From positions 743 through 64,742 of the forward strand of contig WSNJ01000002.1 in assembly GCA_013316045.1 (NCBI GenBank): 64,000 nt of DNA. The letters run 5' to 3'. The position numbers and the translations under genes are program-made. The DNA comes from Clostridia bacterium (GTDB taxonomy: Bacteria > Bacillota > Clostridia > Christensenellales > Pumilibacteraceae). The notes beneath the pieces were generated by a model, which ran no database searches, was not told where the DNA came from, and saw only the letters and a list, made by a program, of their open reading frames with translations. Shown here piece by piece: positions 1-5,562 of the stretch (positions are counted from its first letter, which is position 1; each line of letters starts with the position of its first letter).

Positions 1-1
1 T

Positions 2-367
2 ATAATACATAATTTATCGCCAAAAGCAAAAACAATAGCCATAACATTAGAGGACACCACACATATAATTAAAGACTTTACACATTGGTGCATTTGGAAT
101 ATTGCGGCTGATAATAGAATTGAAAAAGGTATTCCAAAGGGAAAAATTGTGCCGTCGTTAGGATACGCCATACAAGGATTTGCTTACGGTTTGCACCGCT
201 ATGCGGGACCAAAACCGCCCAAAGGAAAAATGCATATCTATCGTTTTACTGTTTATTCGCTTGACTGCACAATCGAATTAAGTGCAAATAAAAGCAAAAA
301 AGCCTTTCTAAAAATAGCCCATAATCACATATTGCAAAAAGGCTCTATCTTGGGCGAATTTGAATAG
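2..367 (+). CDS. PEBP (YbhB/YbcL) family protein, 5' end cut by window edge
   Basis: The frame is open from nt 2. The translation ...FTHWCIWNIAADN...YAGPKPPKGKMHIYRFTVYSLD carries the bacterial phosphatidylethanolamine-binding-protein signature (GP.PP...H.Y.F.vY.L). Confidence 0.75.
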   Translation: MIHNLSPKAKTIAITLEDTTHIIKDFTHWCIWNIAADNRIEKGIPKGKIVPSLGYAIQGFAYGLHRYAGPKPPKGKMHIYRFTVYSLDCTIELSANKSKKAFLKIAHNHILQKGSILGEFE

Positions 368-375
368 GCGGGAAT

Positions 376-555
376 ATGGACGAAAACAAAACAATAAAAG
401 CGTCGTATTTTTACGCTTGCTGTCCGAATTGTAAAGCCGTTCTCATTCAAGCACAAAACGGTTTAGAGGGCTATATAAAATGTCCGAAATGCGAAAAATA
501 CATACACGTTACAATCAATAACGGAATTATAAGTACAAATATTAAGAACGCCTAA
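376..555 (+). CDS. small zinc-ribbon protein (59 aa)
   Basis: ATG at 376, TAA at 553-555, below the ORF-track cutoff. It has two Cys pairs (CCPNC ... CPKC) and is followed directly by an intrinsic terminator. Confidence 0.45.
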   Translation: MDENKTIKASYFYACCPNCKAVLIQAQNGLEGYIKCPKCEKYIHVTINNGIISTNIKNA

Positions 556-571
556 AACGGGCGTTCTTTTT
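544..571 (+). terminator. intrinsic terminator
   Basis: AAGAACGCC (544-552) pairs with GGCGTTCTT (560-568) over 9 bp, with a 7-nt loop, and runs into a T-tract. Confidence 0.7.
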
Positions 572-721
572 CTATAAAATAAGTGATAATCTGACAAAGC
601 CTTTTATTTTTGCCGCTGTTAGAAATGTTATACTCCGAACGGCGGATTTTATATTTTTATGCATAAATACCGCAGAATATTTTAATCTGTTTTCGAGCCA
701 GATTCAGCATACAAGAAAGTG

Positions 722-774
722 CCGAAACGGAGCAATACCGCCTTAATAGGGTTTGCTTTCGTTCGGTCTTTTTT
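722..774 (+). terminator. terminator-like hairpin with no upstream CDS
   Basis: CCGAAACGGAGCAA (722-735) pairs with TTGCTTTCGTTCGG (753-766) over ~13 bp with two bulges, followed by TCTTTTTT. Confidence 0.4.
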
Positions 775-785
775 CATTTATGGGC

Positions 786-821
786 TATTGCACCCCGTCG
801 GCGTATTGCACGCTGTCGGGG
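786..821 (+). repeat. two tandem 18-nt iteron-like repeats
   Basis: TATTGCACCCCGTCGGCG (786-803) and TATTGCACGCTGTCGGGG (804-821) match at 15/18 positions. The second unit runs into the 5' arm of the 811-854 hairpin. Confidence 0.6.
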
Positions 822-854
822 CTTTTCTATATACGGCGAAAACCGCCGACAGCG
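811..854 (+). other. long imperfect hairpin with loop TATATACGGC
   Basis: 17-nt arms CGCTGTCGGGGCTTTTC (811-827) and GAAAACCGCCGACAGCG (838-854) pair at 15/17 positions. The 10-nt loop at 828-837 contains TATATAC. Confidence 0.55.
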
Positions 855-970
855 ATTTTTTAACAAAAAAATCAAAATCTGAGGGTTTTCAAAATGCAAA
901 CAATTAAAAAAATTTTCAAAAAAAACCGAAACTTTTACCCTCTGCCGTGCTTATAGGTGGAGGTTTTTAT

Positions 971-1375
971 ATGCAAACTATCAAATATACATTTGCGGAC
1001 GGCACTACAAATGAGGTCGAGGTTACGGAAGATATATATTTGATACACTTGGAATTATTACAACAAGAAAAGCGCAACCATTGGAAAGAAACAAGGCGGC
1101 ATACCTCGCTATACTACTTTACCGATTTGGGAATAGATTTTGAGGACAAGCGCACGGAAAGCCCGCTTGATTTATACATACGAAAAGAGAATATCGCAAG
1201 CGTAAGAAAAGCAATGTTATGCCTTACGGACAAGCGGCGCGAACTCATACATAAAGCATTTTTCGAGGAAAAGACATTCCGCGCTATCGCAAGAGAAAAA
1301 GGGTTATCGAAATCGGCAATATCGCAACAAATGAAAACGGTGTACAAGCATTTGCGGAAACATTTGGGGGCGTAG
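971..1375 (+). CDS. sigma-70 region-4-like HTH protein (134 aa)
   Basis: SD GGTGGAGG lies 7 nt before ATG 971. The C-terminus LTDKRRELIHKAFFEEKTFRAIAREKGLSKSAISQQMKTVYKHLRKHL resembles sigma-70 region 4.2 / LuxR-type HTH, as seen in small mobile-element regulators. Confidence 0.6.
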   Translation: MQTIKYTFADGTTNEVEVTEDIYLIHLELLQQEKRNHWKETRRHTSLYYFTDLGIDFEDKRTESPLDLYIRKENIASVRKAMLCLTDKRRELIHKAFFEEKTFRAIAREKGLSKSAISQQMKTVYKHLRKHLGA

Positions 1376-1378
1376 GCT

Positions 1379-1630
1379 ATGGGAAAAGAATTGTATCAGG
1401 TTGTTGCATATATCGCGTTACGCAATAAAGACGGCTCGCCTATGATAAACGTACCCTTGTATGTCAAGGTATCGGAAACAAACAAAAGCGGTATGACGGA
1501 AGCACAAGAAAGCGTTATGCACCGCATATCGGCACTTATGATAAAGCGCAACGAAAAGCAGTTAAGCGATTATTTTGCAAACGCAACGGCAACGTGCGCG
1601 GGCGGCTTGCCGCCCGCGCGTGGCGTATAG
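1379..1630 (+). CDS. hypothetical protein (83 aa)
   Basis: ATG lies 3 nt after the preceding stop. No recognisable motif. The last ~17 codons are formed by the hexamer repeats and the GC hairpin, and the stop codon TAG is the first three bases of the origin nonamer. Confidence 0.4.
   Translation: MGKELYQVVAYIALRNKDGSPMINVPLYVKVSETNKSGMTEAQESVMHRISALMIKRNEKQLSDYFANATATCAGGLPPARGV
1577..1594 (+). repeat. three tandem hexamers (iteron candidates)
   Basis: GCAAAC-GCAACG-GCAACG lies 26 nt upstream of the origin stem-loop. Confidence 0.5.
1596..1619 (+). other. perfect 10-bp GC hairpin abutting the origin stem-loop
   Basis: GCGCGGGCGG (1596-1605), loop CTTG, CCGCCCGCGC (1610-1619). Confidence 0.7.
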
Positions 1631-1644
1631 TATTACCACGCCAC
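1620..1644 (+). other. putative rolling-circle (nick-site) origin: stem-loop with TAGTATTAC
   Basis: GTGGCGT (1620-1626) pairs perfectly with ACGCCAC (1638-1644). The 11-nt loop is A-TAGTATTAC-C, with the nonamer at 1628-1636. It lies 48 nt upstream of the Rep ATG. Confidence 0.8.
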
Positions 1645-1692
1645 TATGTCATATTGTAACGTGTTGGCGGCATTTATAGGGAGTTTTTTATT

Positions 1693-2730
1693 ATGGACGA
1701 AAACAAGGTTAAAATAGATTTGTCGGTTACAGACGAAACAAACGAAAAGCCGAAAAAGAACAAGCAGGCGCGCGATTGGTGCTTTACCGTAAATAACCCT
1801 GTACAAACGGAACAAGAATTTTTGGAGTATTTGAAAACGGTGTCCGATTTGCGGTATGCGGTATTCCAACGTGAACGCGCTCCCGAAACGGGAACGGAAC
1901 ATTATCAAGGGTATTTTGAGTTCACGCAACCCAAATGGTTTACTACCATTAAAAAATACCTATCTAAAAAGACGATAGGCGTTGACGCGCATATAGAACA
2001 ACGCCGTGCCAAACGAACGCAAGCCCGCCTATATTGTATGGACGAGGAAACGAGAATTAGTTCTACTTACTACGAATACGGCGAGTTCATAGAGGACGGC
2101 GAACGTACCGATTTAACCGATATAATGCGCGACATAGAAAACGACGTGAGTTTTTACGACCTTTCCAAAAAGCACGGCAACCGCTTTATACGGGTTATGA
2201 AATGGGCAAAAGAATACAGACAAGCCTATTTGGAAAATAAGTACAAACGGCAATTCCGTAAAATGCAGGTATATTATATTTACGGCTCTGCGGGTTGCGG
2301 AAAGACAAGTTACGTTTTCGGTAAGCACGGCTATGACGACGTTTACAGAACGACAAATTATGAGTTCGGCTGGATAGACGATTACAACGGCGAAAAGGTA
2401 TTGTTTCTTGACGAGTTTCGCAGTTCGTTCAAAATCTCTGAAATACTGGACTACTTGGACGGGCAACCTATACGAATACGAGGGCGACACTATAACCGCG
2501 TTGCTTGCTATGATACGGTTTACATTGTTTCAAATATACCGCTTACGGAGCAATACACCAAAATACAACAGTCCGAGCCTACAACGTGGGCGGCGTTCTT
2601 ACGGCGTATTACAGCGGTATATAATTTCGATATAAGCAAAGAAACGCCCGTAAGCAAGCATACGGGTAAATTGAAAGAAAAGGCTATAACTTTAATACCG
2701 CTTGACGATGACAGCGAAAGTCCGTTTTAG
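1693..2730 (+). CDS. rep: CRESS/circovirus-type replication initiator: HUH endonuclease + SF3 helicase
   Basis: Motif I CFTVNNP. Motif II HYQGY. Motif III region AHIEQRRAKRTQARLYCMDEE. Walker A GSAGCGKT. Walker B VLFLDEF. Motif C IVSN. Confidence 0.9.
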   Translation: MDENKVKIDLSVTDETNEKPKKNKQARDWCFTVNNPVQTEQEFLEYLKTVSDLRYAVFQRERAPETGTEHYQGYFEFTQPKWFTTIKKYLSKKTIGVDAHIEQRRAKRTQARLYCMDEETRISSTYYEYGEFIEDGERTDLTDIMRDIENDVSFYDLSKKHGNRFIRVMKWAKEYRQAYLENKYKRQFRKMQVYYIYGSAGCGKTSYVFGKHGYDDVYRTTNYEFGWIDDYNGEKVLFLDEFRSSFKISEILDYLDGQPIRIRGRHYNRVACYDTVYIVSNIPLTEQYTKIQQSEPTTWAAFLRRITAVYNFDISKETPVSKHTGKLKEKAITLIPLDDDSESPF

Positions 2731-2765
2731 CGGCTCGCTGGGTGGGTTCTCTTGGGTGGGCATAG

Positions 2766-2798
2766 AAAAAGCACAAGGCGTTTAACCTTGTGCTTTTT
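2766..2798 (+). terminator. intrinsic terminator after rep
   Basis: GCACAAGG (2771-2778) pairs with CCTTGTGC (2786-2793), flanked by an A-run and a T-run. Confidence 0.8.
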
Positions 2799-2867
2799 CC
2801 TTACCTTTCAGCGATAAAACCCGCATACCCGTTTACGAATATGTAGTTCGGGTTCAATCTCTGTCGT

Positions 2868-2883
2868 TTCTGGTGCACCAGAA
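2868..2883. repeat. perfect 16-bp palindrome
   Basis: TTCTGGTGCACCAGAA. Confidence 0.6.
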
Positions 2884-2890
2884 GAAAGAA

Positions 2891-2927
2891 GTCGTAATTT
2901 GTCGAAAGACAAATGCGGCTTTTTTTA
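2891..2927 (+). terminator. terminator-like hairpin with no upstream CDS
   Basis: ATTTGTC-GAAA-GACAAAT core extended by GTCG/GCGGC pairs, then TTTTTTT. Its 3' arm plus T-tract form the right copy of the flanking direct repeat. Confidence 0.5.
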
Positions 2928-3020
2928 TTTCCTTGCTGTTCGGGTTTAACTTTATTAGCATAGTGAACAACGTCTAATTTTATAAATGAAAAATTTTTTA
3001 TGTAAAATACTTAAAAATGC

Positions 3021-3051
3021 TTGCTTATTACGTCGCGTAATGAATTATAAT
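3021..3051 (+). promoter_or_regulatory. MerR-type promoter with 19-bp spacer and operator dyad
   Basis: TTGCTT (3021-3026), a 19-nt spacer containing ATTACG-tcg-CGTAAT (3027-3041), and TATAAT (3046-3051). Confidence 0.7.
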
Positions 3052-3069
3052 ATTTGAGAAGGGGTATTT

Positions 3070-3858
3070 ATGGCAAGATATAAAGTAATTCCACAAGGAT
3101 TTATGACGGTTGGCGAAGTCGCAAAGAAAATGGGCGTAACCGTTCGGGCGTTGCAATATTATGACCGCGAAGGGCTATTCAGTCCGTCTTGTATAAGCGA
3201 AGGCGGACGGCGTTTGTATAGCGATAAAGATGTTGTTATGTTGCATCAGATACTTACCCTTAAATCGTTAGGGTTTTCATTTAATGAAATTAAAAACCGT
3301 ATGACTTCTATCGATACGCCTCGGAAAGCAATAGTTGCATTGACAGAACAGAGCAATTCCATACAAACACAAATAAATACGCTTAATCAATCTTTACAAT
3401 CAATCGAACTATTGAAAAATGAAATAGAACAAATGCAAGTAGTTGACTTTTCAAAGTATGCCGATATTATTATCAACTTGCAAATGGGAAATAAGTATTA
3501 CGGTTTAATTAAACATTTTGACGATAATATGCTTGATTACTGTCATAAGAAATTCGATAAAGGTACGGGTGTTGCGTTTATAAATAAGTTCAACTTGATT
3601 GTCGGTAAAATAGAAAAATGCGTTGAAAACGGCATAGCACCCGAAAGCGAACAAGGACAACTTATTGCAAAAGAATTTTGGCAACTTATAACAGAGTTTA
3701 CGGGCGGCGATGTGAGTATGTTATCACAACTGATGAATTTCGGAAACGCACAAGCGGATAACGATATGCAAAATATACTGAATGCTTTTATCGAGCCTGC
3801 GCTGAACGTTTATTTCGGTAATTCGGGTATAAACCCTTTCGAGGCAAAAAATGAATAA
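3070..3858 (+). CDS. MerR family transcriptional regulator
   Basis: The N-terminus MTVGEVAKKMGVTVRALQYYDREGLFSP is the MerR winged-HTH signature. A coiled-coil and an effector domain follow. Confidence 0.85.
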   Translation: MARYKVIPQGFMTVGEVAKKMGVTVRALQYYDREGLFSPSCISEGGRRLYSDKDVVMLHQILTLKSLGFSFNEIKNRMTSIDTPRKAIVALTEQSNSIQTQINTLNQSLQSIELLKNEIEQMQVVDFSKYADIIINLQMGNKYYGLIKHFDDNMLDYCHKKFDKGTGVAFINKFNLIVGKIEKCVENGIAPESEQGQLIAKEFWQLITEFTGGDVSMLSQLMNFGNAQADNDMQNILNAFIEPALNVYFGNSGINPFEAKNE

Positions 3859-4663
3859 TATAATCGAAGTCAATGAGTTAAAAAAGAGTTACGGCACTAA
3901 TACCGTATTGAAAGGAATAAATTTAACCGTACGCAAAGGAGAAATCTTTGCCTTGCTCGGCGTAAACGGTGCGGGCAAAACTACGGCTTTGGAATGTATC
4001 GAGGGCTTACGCGCATACGACGGCGGAAATATAACCGTAAACGGGAAAATCGGTATTCAATTACAATCGTCCGCCTTGCAAGCCTATATTAAACCTATGG
4101 AAGCGGTGAAACTGTTTGCGAATTGGCATAAAACCGTTCCCGATAAAGAGACGTTAAATTCTTTCGGAATACCCGAATTGTCCAAAAAGAAATATGCCGA
4201 TTTATCTACGGGGCAAAAACGCCGCTTACACCTTGCGCTTGCCCTTATAGGCAACCCCGATATTATTTTTCTTGACGAACCTACGGCGGGACTTGACGTA
4301 GAGGGGCGCGTATCGCTACACAAACAAATACGAGCATTAAAAACGCAAGGCAAAACAATTATTCTTGCAAGCCACGATATGGCGGAAGTTGAAGAATTAT
4401 GCGACAGAGTAGCGGTTTTACGTAACGGATATATTGCTTTTATCGGAACGGTTGACGAATTTACCGCTATGGGCGGCAAAAGGCACATTATACGCGTTAA
4501 AACAGCCTACGGGCAAAACGAATACGAAACGGAAAATATAACGGAAACTCTTTTTGCGCTATTATCGGAATGCAAGCAAAAAGGAATATCTATTTCCGAA
4601 ATTCAGACCGACAGAGTATCGCTTGAACAAAATTTTATAAACATTGTGAGGGGTGCGGAATAA
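3851..4663 (+). CDS. ABC transporter ATP-binding protein
   Basis: Walker A GVNGAGKTT, signature LSTGQKRRL, Walker B IIFLDEPTAGLD. It overlaps merR by 8 nt. Confidence 0.9.
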   Translation: MNNIIEVNELKKSYGTNTVLKGINLTVRKGEIFALLGVNGAGKTTALECIEGLRAYDGGNITVNGKIGIQLQSSALQAYIKPMEAVKLFANWHKTVPDKETLNSFGIPELSKKKYADLSTGQKRRLHLALALIGNPDIIFLDEPTAGLDVEGRVSLHKQIRALKTQGKTIILASHDMAEVEELCDRVAVLRNGYIAFIGTVDEFTAMGGKRHIIRVKTAYGQNEYETENITETLFALLSECKQKGISISEIQTDRVSLEQNFINIVRGAE

Positions 4664-5373
4664 TGAAGGCATTATTGTACGGAATCGTTTTGCAATTCAA
4701 GTTTGACATACGCAGTAAAGGTATGCTTATAACTTGCTATCTCGTGCCGCTTGTATTTTTCCTGTTTATGGGCGGAATTTTCACGTCTATTGACCCAAAC
4801 GCTACAAAAACTATTATCTCGTCAATGACGGTATTCACAATTATAATGAGCGCATTATTCGGCGTACCGCCCGCTGTTGCGGAAATCTACGGTACAGACG
4901 TTAAAAAGGTCTATAAAGCAAACGGCGCACCTATATGGTTTGGCGTTATATCGCAGTTTATTTCGTCTTTTATACATACGCTTATATGCTGTCTTATAGT
5001 TTTTGCACTTTCGCCATTAATTTTCAAAGCGGAATTGCCGTCTGATTTGATATGGTATTTTTTATCGCTTATAGCGTTGCTTGCGATAACTCTTGCTATC
5101 GGTTGTATTTTCGGACTTTTGATTAAGCAGCAGGCAAAATTGACAATGGTTGCAATGGCAATTTTCTTGCCGTCCACTATGCTGTCGGGTATTATGTTTT
5201 CCGCAGATATGTTGCCGCAGTTTATGCAATATATTGCCTATGCTTTCCCCGCCGCAATAGCATTTAAGGCAATGACGGGTTTTCGGGTTTGGCATTTACC
5301 CGTATTGTTCTGTATATTTATTTTACTTTGCGGCGTTATTGTTCTATTGTTAAAATTTAAGATTAAACGATAA
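4663..5373 (+). CDS. ABC-2 type transporter permease
   Basis: About 6 hydrophobic helices. ATGA start/stop overlap with the ATPase gene. Confidence 0.75.
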   Translation: MKALLYGIVLQFKFDIRSKGMLITCYLVPLVFFLFMGGIFTSIDPNATKTIISSMTVFTIIMSALFGVPPAVAEIYGTDVKKVYKANGAPIWFGVISQFISSFIHTLICCLIVFALSPLIFKAELPSDLIWYFLSLIALLAITLAIGCIFGLLIKQQAKLTMVAMAIFLPSTMLSGIMFSADMLPQFMQYIAYAFPAAIAFKAMTGFRVWHLPVLFCIFILLCGVIVLLLKFKIKR

Positions 5374-5404
5374 TTGACTTATGGTCGAAAGTATATCCGA
5401 GCAT

Positions 5405-5430
5405 AAAAGGGCGCAATATGCGCCTTTTTT
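5405..5430 (+). terminator. intrinsic terminator
   Basis: AAAAGGGCGC-aatat-GCGCCTTTTTT. Confidence 0.7.
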
Positions 5431-5475
5431 GTATAACCCGAATATTTTTCAATATTTCTTTTTCGCGTTTTTCGG

Positions 5476-5504
5476 TTGATTTTATGTTTTGAAAGTTGTA
5501 TACT
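5476..5504 (+). promoter_or_regulatory. sigma-70-like promoter of trkAH
   Basis: TTGATT, 17 nt, TATACT. A 15-bp palindrome CGGATATTATATCCG lies downstream at 5528-5542. Confidence 0.5.
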
Positions 5505-5562
5505 TATAAAGTTATTACTTAATCAGTCGGATATTATATCCGCAGAGAGTCGGAAAAAATTT

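Larger units (their letters stand above)
593..2940 (+). mobile_element. candidate integrated CRESS-like rolling-circle replicon (~2.3 kb)
   Basis: Imperfect direct repeats at 593-620 and 2908-2940 bracket the two origin-like hairpins, the HTH gene, a small ORF and the HUH-SF3 Rep. The flanking genes are AT-richer. No integrase or capsid gene is seen. The boundaries are inferred. Confidence 0.4.

Noticed and set aside
719-907. 62-aa ORF (GTG start) in the ORF track.
   Set aside because: It is built from the hairpin and iteron DNA, has no SD, and is hydrophobic and low-complexity. The region is better explained as structured non-coding DNA.
560-2740. Possible CRESS virus or prophage (capsid gene search on both strands).
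   Set aside because: No ORF has the size or Arg-rich N-terminus of a CRESS capsid, and the only minus-strand ORF (1114-1347) is a shadow of the HTH gene. I call it a Rep/origin module, not a virus.
2848-2880. GTTCGGGTTCAATCTCTG...GGTGCACCA looks like a tRNA/tmRNA T-loop plus a CCA 3' end, which would suggest a tRNA-gene integration site.
   Set aside because: The bases flanking TTCAATC cannot form a T-stem. No 5' acceptor strand complementary to CTGGTGC exists upstream. The CACCA is simply half of the 16-bp palindrome TTCTGGTGCACCAGAA.
2960-3000. TTATGTAAAAT resembles the XerD arm of Firmicutes dif (TTATGTAAACT), suggesting Xer-mediated integration.
   Set aside because: The 17 nt upstream (TATAAATGAAA + AATTTT) do not resemble a XerC arm and spacer. 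An AT-rich 11-mer match alone is weak.
5374-5562. Possible c-di-AMP (ydaO-type) riboswitch upstream of the potassium transporter genes.
   Set aside because: I could not find the conserved pseudo-symmetric core. The region contains only a terminator, a promoter and a short palindrome.
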